Origin: Glaucostegus cemiculus
Taxonomy: Eukaryota
Length of the DNA: 64,000 nucleotides
Direction of reading: 5' to 3'
NCBI GenBank assembly: GCA_976551045.1
Contig: CDPCPM010000033.1
Coordinates: forward strand, 13,392,001 to 13,456,000
Numbering within the stretch: position 1 is the first letter of the stretch; each line of letters begins with the position of its first letter. Positions 11,801 through 23,602 of the stretch are shown in pieces. Under the pieces are notes generated by a model. The model did not search any database, was not told where the DNA came from, and saw only the letters and a list, made by a program, of their open reading frames with translations. The position numbers and the translations under genes were made by a program.

Positions 11801-12860
11801 GAGATCCCAAATGATCCACAAATCTGGAACCCTGTCCCCTGCACCAACTCTTTAGCCAGGCATTCATCTGCCAAATCAACATATTCCTACCCTCACTGGC
11901 ACATGGCACAGGCATCAATCCAAAGATTACTACCCTTGAGGTCCTGCTTTTCAGCTTCCTACCTCGCTTCCAATATACCCTCTTCAGGACCTCTTCCCTT
12001 TTACTACCTAGGTCATTGGTACCAATATGAACCACAATTCTGGCTGTTCACCCTCCCCCTTCAGAATGCTGTGGAGCTGACCTGAGATGTCCCTGACCCT
12101 GGCACCGGGGTGGCAACATACCATCTGGGAGTCTCTTTCACATCCACAGAATCTCCTATCTGCCCCCTTTACTATTGAGTCCCCTATCACTACACCTTCC
12201 TCTTCTCCCCCCCACCCCTTCTGCACCACACAACTGGGCTCAGTGCCAGAGACCTAGTCACTTCAGCTTTCCCCTGGTAGGTCGTTTCCCACCCCCACCT
12301 CCCCAAACAGTATCCAAAGCAGTATACCTGTTATTGAGGGGAACAGCCACATGGAAACTCTGCACTACCTGCCTATTCTCTGTCCTTCTCCTGACAGTCA
12401 CCCAGCTACCTGCCCCCCTGCAGCTTAGGAGTGATTGTCTCCCTGTAGCTCTTCATTCTCCTGTAGGAGCTGAAGGACTGGAGATCTCCCAGAACACTCA
12501 CATCTCACAAGATAAACACACCACTGACCCTGCAGCCACTCTAACTACTCTAGCCTGGCACTGAAGGAAAAATCAAAGAAAGAAAGAAAGAAACTTACCA
12601 GGGACTTGCCTTAGCCTCCGCCTCCTGTCACCAAAGCCTCAAGTACTCCAATCCAACACTGGTCCATCCCAAAATGGCCACTCTGCTTATACCTACCTTC
12701 CTTTTACTCACTGCTGTTAATCAGCTAATCAACTATTAATAATTTGCAAATGTGCCTTTTTTAGACTCTTGCAAGGTGAAACTCACAAGCACACGCACAG
12801 AGACTCACCTCTTTTCAAAGCTCCCGCTCCAAATCTCCTGACTCTGCAAGGTGAGTCTTG
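8828..12860 (-). mobile_element. CR1-clade LINE retaining 5'UTR, ORF1 (SGNH/GDSL esterase-like) and ORF2 EN, with an internal deletion of most of RT; split by a Rex1 LINE
   Basis: ORF1 motifs VVIGDSIV..CCHPGARVRD and VHIGTNDLG. ORF2 YLNARSIRNK, ITETWL, MGDFN, LDLVL, DKSPGPDG, QHGFVRGRSCLTSL. The sequence then jumps straight to the 3'UTR and (tatgttc)n tail. The 5' end matches 27691-27910. Confidence 0.9.
10703..11758 (-). mobile_element. 5'-truncated Rex1/Babar-clade LINE inserted in CR1
   Basis: Open 281-aa ORF 10887-11732 (NPLLFTLLTHDC..KFADDTTVVG..FLGVHI..LYFLRRL..LLPSGKR..RLCNSFFPQA). (gattct)n tail. gtgtaa on both sides (10697-10702, 11759-11764). Confidence 0.9.
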
Positions 12861-14574
12861 GTTAAATGTTAAACTTCAGTAAATATGTACAGGATCTCAG
12901 GCACATTCTCGGGCATTTTTAGTATACTGTTGTGGTATTCAGTTTTATGATACCTTAATTTAACTGTGTATGTAGCATGCATATGTTGCCTTCCACTTAA
13001 TATATTGCATCTCATTGATTCGAAGAGATTAAGGTGATTAGGAATAAGTTTATCTCCCTTTGACTTTGAAAACTGATACATTTACTTTTAGTTGTATGCA
13101 GGAATTTGCCTTGGACTAGATTAGTAGTGCTGATTTCAGTTGGAGGAGTTTAATGAACAAATAAGAATAACTGATTTCCTTAACCAGGCTTGGGATTCCT
13201 GCAGTTAATTGTGGGATTTTCTTTTGACTTCACACCCAGCTGATGCACAAAAGTTCATCCCCATTAGTAACAGAAAGGAAGAATTTCAGATGAAGAGTGC
13301 AACATGGTGATGCTACTAGGAAGCACATTTAATGCTGCTGGCCAGGGTAAATTTCCAGACATTGCTACTTTATACATTCTTCATCTTAAAGCATTGCAAA
13401 TAATGATCTGACTAAACTAGAAAAATTAATAAAAGGATAATGTGAAAGAAGGGAAATGTCCCTTGGGACACCCAGCATAGCCAGGTATTTAGGTCCAGTA
13501 TTAAGATCAGGTTGCTTGATTATAATTGGTTTAAAAACATTAGTCAGATCATTTCCCGGTGTTTCTTAATTGTTATTGATGTCTAAAGCATTGCTAAATG
13601 GTGCAGCTTCTGGTCCTTTAGTGCAACCACGGACAGTAATCAGGAGTTTTGGAGGAAGAGTCGACTTTGATTCATGATCTCCCACCCTGGCAGGTGGTTT
13701 TAAAACAATGATTCCCAATGGAAATTGCTGCCACAGTTAGTAGGTCAGATTTGTCAAACCATAAGTAATGGTACAAATGTTGAATTGGGCACCCAATTTG
13801 TCTGCTGCTCAATAGGTGGTGGATATTCAGGTAAGGATCAGAGGATTGGGTAGGCCTGTAAAGTGCAGATACATCTGGTCCTTTCATACACTGGAGATTA
13901 CTCCATGGTTGTTAACTCTGGCAGTCTTCCAATAGTGGCTCAGGTAAGGACTGACTCTTTAAATAACGCTGGAGTAGCCTTCTGCCTGCCAGTTGAGGTT
14001 ATTTTTCTCACTTGAGTAGCTATGCTCCATCGTTGCAGTAATGCCAAATACATGACCATTCACCTAGGTCCATCAAGCCCATACAAGCCTGTGATTCAAT
14101 GTTTTGCTCTGCCATCTTGGAAGTGCTGTTCACATTTAGTGATGGATTTTACATACCTGTCCATCACATAATGCAGAGAAAACATGCAGCACATGACTGA
14201 ATTCCCAGCCCCATACCTCTTTGAAAGCTTTAGGCAACATTAAAACCCACCAATTTCAATCTCGATAGCTACACAGAAGTGAATAGCAAGTTCAAATATA
14301 TGTTAAGAGTCTATCCTTGAAACCTTCTTCAACACTTTACTTAGGATGGATAATATTCCTTTATTTGAGTGATACCTACATGGCGGCAGCAGCAATAATC
14401 ATCATTGGAATGGAGGAAAAAAACCTAAATAACCTGTTCCTTCAAGTGTCAAAAACCTCCATGAATAACAAAAAGTACAACATAAGTGTGTATTCCATTT
14501 TATTACAATAAAGAACAATGTGGACTATATTGGCCTATTCTATCTAAAATATAAGGAGATAAGAAATATGTTAG

Positions 14575-15100
14575 CATATGTGAACATAAGAAATATGAGT
14601 AGCCCATAATGCTCATCAAGCCTGCTTTGCCATTCAATAAGAACAGAGCTGATCCTGTGCCTTGACCATTTCCGTAGACTCTTGCATCTTCCTCATAGTG
14701 CATCTATTCCTTTTACATCTCGCTCTACTCCATCCAAACAAACTTGGATAAGCTATAGTGTGTCTTTTCCTTGCCCCCAACCAACTGACCTTTATCTAAC
14801 ACTCCTTCAAGTGGTGCCTTCTCATATGCATTTTGAATATTCAAATATAAAAGATGCATTGGTTCCCAATTTTATGTCTTGCTGGTAACATCCACAGGAA
14901 CTCTTAGATTTGTCAAGCGTGATATCCTCCTTTGTGAAACCATGTTGACTTTATCTAATCATATAATATTTTAAATGCTGTTCTTAATAACAGATGTCAA
15001 ATTAATTGGCTTATAGTTCCCCACCTTCTCTTTTCCTTCTTTCTTAAATACTGGCTTTACTTTTTACTGATCTGCTGGCATTGTCCCAGAATCTAGGGAT
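14575..15100 (-). mobile_element. Highly degraded CR1 remnant
   Basis: CR1 tail aacataagaaatatgagtagcccat.. and RT-derived cctttgtgaaaccatgttgact (QHGF). Confidence 0.6.
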
Positions 15101-15244
15101 GGATACACAGTCCTCTCTCTCATGTATGCCCCAGCTTTTCCTTGGGAGCATTTGAAGGCTAGTGCCACTATAGGTGGCTGCTTTTGCCCAAGTGATGGAA
15201 AAGAAAAGTGACATTTTCTGTTGATGTGGCACAGAAAGAAGGTT

Positions 15245-15250
15245 TTTATT
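15245..15250 (-). promoter_or_regulatory. Candidate CERS6 polyadenylation signal AATAAA (a second one at 15747-15752)
   Basis: Plus-strand tttatt about 700 nt downstream of the stop, followed on the minus strand by T-rich sequence. Use of the site is not verified. Confidence 0.45.
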
Positions 15251-15950
15251 TATCAGGAATCAGTGTCAGAAACTCAGAAGTGGTTGGATTGTTCCACAGA
15301 AACATATTGAAAGCAACCTTGCTGTATAGTTTAGCTCTTTAACTCAAGCATTTGATTTTTACTTTCAATGGGGACAAAATGGCTTCTGCGCAAACATCAT
15401 ACCAAAGAAACCATTGAGATAAAATAATTAGAAACACAAAAAAGCACAAAACATATCACTATTGCTGCCTAAACCACAGTACTCAAGAACTAGAAGTTGC
15501 CTACTGCATGTGACATGTCACAAACTACAGCAGATTGAGCTGTGCACAACATAATTAATCTAAAATGGCTTTTACTCTTCCCAAACAACATGTGGTAGAG
15601 TAAAACACTGAAAACTTCCCTTTTTCCACAAATCTCAAACATATAAAAATAAATAATGTAATATACAAAGACAATACATATGAAAATACTGTTCCCATTG
15701 AGTTGGACTACACTTACATACACAGCATGCCCACATGTACATGATGTTTATTGTCATTCATTCTCATACAGAAAATGGCAGTGCACTATCAGAATGTTTT
15801 GATATTTCTAAACCTGATATGGAGATACATGATAAAATGCATTCATAACACATTTTGTGAAATATTTCCAGGATCAAATTGTCAGCTTGTCCGTGCAATA
15901 CTTAGAATTAATAGATTTGCAACACTGTATAGTACTTCCCAGTCAAATAG

Positions 15951-16094
15951 CTAATGTTCCTCTGAATAAACACCACCACTTAGGTAGCCATTTGTCCCAT
16001 TTGTGGTGCTGCTGTGTCCACTTTTTGCAGCTGATGGTGTTGATTCTTCTTCATCAGAGCTGGACTCAATGTCACTTCGGTCATCTTTTGATAC
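15951..16094 (-). CDS. CERS6: Ceramide synthase 6, last coding exon (VSKDDRSDIESSSDEEESTPSAAKSGHSSTTNGTNGYLSGGVYSEEH*)
   Basis: ccccag acceptor, phase 0, TAG stop at 15951-15953. DxRSDxE motif, acidic serine cluster and TNGTNGYL resemble the vertebrate CERS6 C-terminus. Confidence 0.93.
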   Translation of the reverse strand, partial: VSKDDRSDIESSSDEEESTPSAAKSGHSSTTNGTNGYLSGGVYSEEH

Positions 16095-16249
16095 CTGGGG
16101 AATTAAGTGAACCATTAAAATGAAGAAGACAACTTTTGTCATGAAAATTATTAAAAAAGAAACAAAAACACAAATTAATATGGCAATTGAAATGAATAGG
16201 CTGGGTCAAAAACCTAATGGTGTAAAATGGAGGTAAGATGCACCATGAG

Positions 16250-16830
16250 TCTTTATAGCATGGAAGGAGGCCATTTGGCCCATTGTGCATGCACCAGCAA
16301 AAACAGTCTGGTCAGTGCCACTCCCCTGTACTGTCCTTGTGGCCCTTCAATGTTATCTGCTTCAAGTATCTAGTTAATTCCCTATTGAAAACAATGACAA
16401 AATCTGCTTCAACCACCTTTTCAGGGCACAATTTCAGATAAAACTACTTGCTGCTTGAAAATGTTTTTCCTCGTGTCACACCTGATCTTGTAGACAAATA
16501 CTTAAAACTGATGACCTCTGGATCTAGGCCCTTTCAAAAGTAGGAAGAGATTTTTTTTCTATTCACCTCATCTAAGTCCTTCATAATTTTGAACAGCTCC
16601 TTTATATAATAGAAACCTCAACCTTCTCTGCTCCAATCAGGACAATACCAGATCCTCCATTCCATCCAGGTAACTCATCCCTAGCACCATGCTGCTAATT
16701 TATTTCTGCACCCTCTCTATGGCTTTTATATACAAACATGGTGTGAGGACTAATGGAAGTAATATTCTAGTTTTTCCAGTAATATTCTGGTTATGGCCAA
16801 ACCAGCATTTTCTGGAGTTTCAACATAATT
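16250..16830 (-). mobile_element. Old CR1 3' fragment
   Basis: Tail tatagcatggaaggaggccatttggcccatt and degraded RT C-terminus. Confidence 0.65.
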
Positions 16831-17789
16831 ATTAAGAAACCCGATTTCACCCTTAATTGATGTGCTGAATGGATGGAAGAACTAGAGCTAAAGCCCAATT
16901 TGGCGACACTCAAAAATTTGTTAGCATATACTGGACCCTGGCTGCTTCACTCCATAGCTACCTTCCATACACTTACTGACCTCCTTTCTGTTCCCTCCTC
17001 CTCTCCACCCTTTCTCTGCATTTTAAAAATGCTTCATCTCTAAGTTTTTGGTTTAATCCTGTTTCTCTCTCATGGATGTTGTCTGATCTGCTGATTATTT
17101 CTAACATTTTGGATTTTTTTTATGGCTACACTTCCTGAATGCTTCTCCTGCCTCCTTGCCTCCCTAGCAGACCCTTATGCTATTTTGCATTTAACTGCAT
17201 TTAAATTGCATTGGTAGAAATTTAACAGTAATTATTCAGGTTATCAACAATACCTTAACTGTACTTTTTATGTACACAATATGAGATAAACAAGTCACAG
17301 GGAAAAAACACTTAAATTATTTTAGCAGAAAAATACTGAACATGTTTGAATAATGTTTCTCTTAATATTAATGCAGTGGTCACCCGCTATTTTTAATTAT
17401 TGCAACAAGAGGAATGTTGTCATTGTCTCTAAGATATAATTTATGAAGAATGAATTTGTAGAAGGAATTTTTAATGCAATCATTAAAGCCAATGCAAGAG
17501 GTAGAAGGTGGGACATTTGATTGCAAGGATATTGTAAAAAGGACAAAGAGCAGAACTGCCTGAAAAGAGTAGCACAGTTTCCAGGGTTGAAAGACTCCCT
17601 TCAATGCCATTCAATTCTTAAAGAATAAATTTAAATTGAAGTGAATAGAGAGTAAGACTGAGCTGGGCATAAAATGGACATTTTAATTTTCTATTAGGAA
17701 ATTTGGTGAAAATAATGTCCCTTGTCAATTCTTTAGCCACTTCAGAGGCAGTCGATACCTGTTAGAGGAAATACTTCAAATACTTCCTC

Positions 17790-18265
17790 AACAATGACTC
17801 TGTCACAAGCACCTTTGACTCCATCCCACAGCAACCTATCCAGACCAGACCTGCCGCTCCTCCTGACCAACAAGAGATCAAAAGGGCATATCCCAACTAA
17901 AATATAACAAGGTCTGAGGAGCAGAGCATATCCTGGCTGAAATCCTAAAATTCAGCAGTGAATAACTTCAATTATAGATGCAGAGTTTAATTCTCCATAT
18001 CTGGAAAGCGGAGGATATACCAGGGAACCTCAAGTCCACGTAACGGGAGTACACAGAAACCCTCCACAAGTGGTGGAAGGAGTGGGCCATTTCACGGACT
18101 ACCCATCTACTCCCCCATTCCCCCCATCCCCATTCTAGCACCTCCAAGCGCATCTGTGGAAGAGACTGCAGCTCCCACATTAGCCTTATCAGCCCCCTCA
18201 GAACTCTCAAAATCGGTTTGGAAGCAAGTCATCCTCCATCCCAAAGGACTGGCTAAGGAGAAGTT
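17790..18265 (+). mobile_element. RTE-clade LINE remnant (3' end)
   Basis: tgtggaagagactgcagctcccacattagccttatcagc (CGRDCSSHIxLIS-like C-terminal motif) and gcaagtcatcctc..ggactggctaaggagaag tail. Confidence 0.55.
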
Positions 18266-18926
18266 AATTATCTACATCAGGCTCCTGTGACTGCATTTGT
18301 CTACAATAGTTTATGCTTCAGTTTCCAAACAAAAACTTCTAAATTCTAGGGAGTAACAACAAAATATTTTCATGGAAAATAAAACATTGCCTATGCAGAA
18401 TAATAGTGAACATGTAGAACCGTTTAATGATTATATGATATGGTTATACTTTTGGGATAGTCCTTCATCAAAACTCCCAACATTCTGTATTCAAGAGTAA
18501 CCATTTTTTAAAATATATTTTGAAATCTCCAACATTAATTACTGATAATCTGCAAATAACCAATTCAACTCACAGTGTACCACACTGCAATATCCTAGCA
18601 ATTTGCATAACGTTTACTGAATATACCCTGAGGCTCCCAATATCTTCCGAGCAGTGGCACTGTTAGCAATTAAAGAAGCAATCAAAATCTAAACTGCAGA
18701 AGCAGAGCTTTTAATTGTGATATTGTTGTCAGTGTAGGGTCACTTGAAGCCTTCATACTGATAAGAATCCTTCATCAACCCACTGTTCTAAAAATCTGAG
18801 AATAAATTGCATTTGAAATGAAATGGGGGTTTCATGGGGTTATTAATTTAAATCGCATCATGATTCAGGACAAATAATGAAAGTATTATTTCAACAGACT
18901 GCAAAAGTTTAACCAGTAAAACTTAC

Positions 18927-18950
18927 ATGCAAAGGGTTCCACTTCCCAGC
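18927..18950 (-). CDS. CERS6: CERS6 24-nt frame-preserving microexon (AGKWNPLH)
   Basis: Minus strand: ..cttgtgcacacctggaag|GCT GGG AAG TGG AAC CCT TTG CAT|gtaagt. The peptide matches the alternative 8-aa insert I recall from the long mammalian CERS6 isoform. Confidence 0.9.
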
Positions 18951-20849
18951 CTTCCAGGTGTGCACAAGGAAGAGTTCAAATACATAGAATGAGAAAAAAA
19001 ATACTAAGTGACATCCTGCTGTTCTAAATATATTCACTGTTAATGAACTACTAATGTACTATTATTGCCTGTTGAGGTGCTGCGACCTTTCTACAGCCCT
19101 GGCACTCTTTGGGCAGGAACAGGACCAGCTATAGAACCACTAAAGATATTATTGCTATTCAGTTAACCATGTCTACGCACCTTGGTCTGTAACATTTAAC
19201 ACCCATAATTGTCTCATGTGCAATGCATTTCTTTTGCTCTTTATTAGCAGTTGTACCTTCAGGCAGTTAGGATGCATATTCTTTAAACTACTCTAGCGCA
19301 ACACTTCCTCTTTGAAGAGCTTACCCAAAACCTCGCATTGTGACCAAGATTTTGTTTTTCTGATAATGTGCTTTGGACTGGTTTACCATGTTAACGGCTC
19401 TATACAAATTCAAGTTATTTTTTTTCCCTTTGTTGTTGAGGTGTAGTTAGTCAGAAATGGGGTTCTTTGGCTCTTAATTTCCCTCTAATTTTAGCCTGTG
19501 TAAGAGGAATGAATCCAAACAGAAGTTGTCAACAACATAGCTTGGTTGTGTGATGCCAACAGTTTTTGGAATGTGAAGGAACCACATGTTACAATTAGTG
19601 TCACTTAAACTTAAATTATAGTTTGGGCAACTCACTATTTTGTTAATATATATATATTGCCTTGATCTCCCTCTAACATTGCCAGGAAGAGTAATTAGCA
19701 GCTGGGTTTTCTCACTAAATTTTTGATGTAGCTGCACTTTAAGATATAGATCATATTTAAAACATAAGCAATAACCAAGTGCTAAAAACATTACAATATT
19801 GGAAGAGCCTAATATTTAAAAAATGAGAAAGAACATTTAGTTTAACTCTTTTTGTAGCATCTCTTTCCTTTGAAGGATAAACCATTACCAAAGTAAGACA
19901 AGTGAAGAGAATGGGGGCAAAGAGGAATGTTTGCTATGGGAAAATATGGCACTGATATGTACAGGGAAGGAGCGGACAAGAATGGTTACTGGGAAGGATG
20001 GGCAGTAATTTGGGGGAAGGGGGTGGTGGTAGTGGTGGTTGGGGAGAGTGAAATCCCAGAACATGGTATCTGGGCAAATTTAATATCAGGAACAACTTTT
20101 AATTTCTTTATTTTTGTTTCTAGTTTGGCAGATTGGTCAACTGTTGGATAGGAAAGCAAATGGTGGAAGACCACAAGCAGGGACCACATGGATGTTTCAT
20201 TCAGGGTTTGTCGGCAGGGACTCTAAGCATGGCAAGTGGCTTCAGATTTGTAATTCATTTGAAATGTTCCTGTTTGCTAGGGTGCCCATCCATTCAGGTA
20301 ACATGGTATGAATCAGATTTTGTTCTACTGCACAGTCATGACTGCATATGTTGGTTTTCAAATAACTGGAATGAACCAAATTATAAAGGTGGCAACCTTT
20401 TTGAATGTAAGGGCATCTATCTGTGTATCAGTGTGTGTCAACATATTGCAACACTATTGGAAAGAGAGTTTTGTGGTGTGTCTGCTTTATAACAAGGTAC
20501 TCAATCTATTACGGATGCTTGAAGATTCAACACGTACAAGGGTTAATTGATCTTCCTTGCAAATAAACTACTTACTCTTAAATATATTTATGCATTAGGG
20601 ATTATTTTCCTTTGAGCTTGGACATTGATGCCATTGCTTAGCAAGTTTTATGTGAGTTTGTTCAGTTTTTGTAAGGTTTTCCTGTGGTTACTCAAGTAGA
20701 ATTTTGTTTGTCTCAGGTTCCCATGTTTAGCACAGTAAGACACAAGGACAAAGGTATCGACTGGCAATTTGAATAAAAGCAGGACAACACTTTCTCCAAC
20801 TGGCTATATCAGGAGCCTTGGAATGTTGCAGGTAAATGAGTGTAAATAA

Positions 20850-22340
20850 AATAAAAATCATGGGTGATTTCATCCACCAATATTACTTGGACCAATGAGA
20901 TAGGTAAAGGGGATAAAGGGTTGGAGTTCCCAGACGATGTAAAACTCCTTTCTCACTCAATATGCAAAAGTCCAATAAAGAAAGATTTGATATTGGATCT
21001 AGTAATTGGGAATGAACCAGAGCAGATACAAAATGTAGAAAATAGGTGAAACCAAGGCAATAGCGACCACATTATACTGGGCATATTGCTCTTGCTTTGT
21101 AATAAAAGATATAATGAAAACCAGGCCAAAAACTTGGAGGATATCTACTTTTGAATGACTGAGAATTAATCTTTGTCAACAATATTGGCAAGCAACAATG
21201 GTAAACTTTGAGAATTATTCAACAGAGTGCATGATCCCTATATGAATAAAAACAAAAGGGAACATTTGAGGATAAAGAAAGAGGCACAAATTAAGTGCAC
21301 AGACAATGGAGGAATGCATGATAAAACAGAATATTAAGGGATTGGGAAAGTAATAAAAAAATGGAGGTACAGGGGAACAATTAAATTGTTAAGGAACATT
21401 ACACAAAATAATAATGATTTACAGGGTCATCAATGATAAAGGAATGTTAGCATAGGCATAATGCCATTAAATGATAGGACAATACAATGGATAAATACAG
21501 GGAGATAGCAGAAATATTCATTCATTTACTTTGTTTTGGTAATTACCATAGAGATAGAACAGTTGGATGAAACATTGGATGATGTGATGACTAACGAGCA
21601 AGTGAATTTAAAATAGAAAGAGGGTATATATTAAATAAGCTAATCAAACCCTAGGAGGATAAAACTCCTTGTCTGGATGGATTGCATCCATGCATTTTAA
21701 AAGAATCTAGAGATAAGATAGCAAAAGCATCACTACACATGTTTAATAATTCATCAGAATAAGGTATAATGCCTGAAGGCTGACAGACAACTACTACAAT
21801 ACCTATAATTATGAGGGATAGAAAACGACCAGGGAATTAAAGACTAGTTGGCTTAATGCAGGGAAAGTAATGGAATACCTACTAAAGAGAATAGGAAAAT
21901 ATCTAGAAACTAAAAGTATAATAATGAATAGTCAACATAGATTTTGGAAGGGAAGTTCTTGCTTGACTAACCTTACTGAATTTTTTAAAGAGTTAACAGA
22001 GATAGTAGACGGTGATCTGGATGTAATTTTTCAGGATTTTCAAGATGTATTTGATAAAATTGTCCACTAATGAACAAGATCAGAGAATCAGGGGAAAAGT
22101 AGTGCAAGCTTACTTCAGGACAGAAAGCGGAGAGAGGCTGTGAAGGTGAGTGATGTTATTCCGCAGAATCAATGTTGGAACTGTTGCTGTCAGAAATTAT
22201 CATTAATAGTTTAGACTTTGGTATTAAAAGCATTATTATTAAGTTTGCCAGTGATACTACATTAGGGAGATGGTTGGACAGTCAATACCGAGGAATGCAA
22301 CAAATTACATTCATAACCTTCTATAATGGACAATTAATTG
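20850..22340 (+). mobile_element. Ancient, A-rich degraded CR1 ORF2
   Basis: ILDLVIGNEPEQI, SQHRFWKGSSCLTNLTEFF, DFQDVFDKIVH and aagtttgccagtgatac (KFAxD). Confidence 0.8.
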
Positions 22341-22604
22341 ATAGGTGAGAAAAAAAGAGAATCTGGTGACGTGAAGTCAATGTGAACCCTAAGTAAAATA
22401 AATGTGTGTTTTATAATGAGAAGAACCTTAGTCTTCAGGTTAGTGCTAATGGTCTGCAACCAATGAGGGAAAAAGTAGAGGCCATCACTTGTGTGCCAAA
22501 GACTGGAAATATAGCAGAGATACGATTCCCAGAGATGGTAGTTATTACCTGTGATTCTCTTCAGTTTTTACAATGGTGTTCATGCCATTGCATCACTTGT
22601 TTTT

Positions 22605-23330
22605 TTCATTCATCACTGGCAAGGCTAGCACTTATTTCCAGATCTTACATGCCAATAGGAAGATGCTGGTGAGCTGCTTGAACTGCTGCAGTCCTTCTGG
22701 TAAAGATACTTGTTTGGCAGGGAGTTCCAGGATTTAGGCCCTATGTTGATGAAGGAACAGTGATATTTTTCCAAGTCAGTTTAGTGTGCGATTTGGGTTC
22801 CCAGGTACTGTTGCTCTTGTCCTCCATGGCAGTGGAGGTCACAAGTTTGGAAGGTGCTGTTAGAGCTGCCTCGGTGAATAATTGTTGTGCCTTTTGTAGA
22901 TGGTACACACTGCAGCCACTGTGCACTTGGTGGTGAAGGGTAGTTTGTGGGGTGCCATCAAGCAGGATGCTTTCTCCTGGATGACATCAAGCCTCTTGAG
23001 AGTTGTTAGTGCTGCAGTCATACAGACAAGTGAAGAATATTCCATCATGCTCCTGATTAGATGCTGGAAAGACCTTGAGGTGTCAGGAGGTGAGTCATTT
23101 AAAATAAGATCATAAGATATAGGAGTAGAATTAGGCTACTTGGCCCACTGAATTTTCTCCGCCATTTAATCATGGCTGAGATTTTTTTGCAAGGATGAGT
23201 TGCTTCATTTGCTAATGAAAATGAGCAATATGCAAACACCAGCAACAACTCCATTCTGACCTTATGATAGAAGGAAGATCAATGAAAAAGTTGAGCAACT
23301 CAACTTCTCCTTGTTTTGGACAATATTATG
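22605..23330 (-). mobile_element. CR1/L2-group LINE 3' fragment (family also at ~4090-4250 and 63180-63930), itself holding a CR1 tail at ~23100-23185
   Basis: MEYSSLVCMTAALTTLKRLDVIQEKA. Shared 3'UTR gggagttccagga..gatgaaggaacagtgatat. Confidence 0.65.
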
Positions 23331-23364
23331 TGCAATTTGAAGTTAAATTGAACTGAACTGGGAA

Positions 23365-23602
23365 ATTGGTTTATTATTGTCACATGTACTGAGGTATAAT
23401 GAATAACTTTGTTTTGCATGCCGTCCTTACAGATTGTTTCATCATATCAGTGCATTGATGTAGTACAAGGGAAAATGATAACAGAATGCAGAATAAAATG
23501 TTACAGTTACAGAGAAAGTTCAGTGCAGGCAGAAAATAAGGTGCAAGGCTATAAAGTGGTAGATTGTGAGGTCCATTCTTCTTGTACTAGGGGACCGTTC
23601 AA
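23365..23602 (-). mobile_element. Rex1 LINE 3'UTR fragment
   Basis: Reverse complement of the 3' ends at 29110-29340 and 61690-61950. Confidence 0.8.

Noticed and set aside
1-15200. Exons of a neighbouring gene downstream of CERS6
   Set aside because: No recognisable host coding sequence; short ORFs are TE-derived or random.
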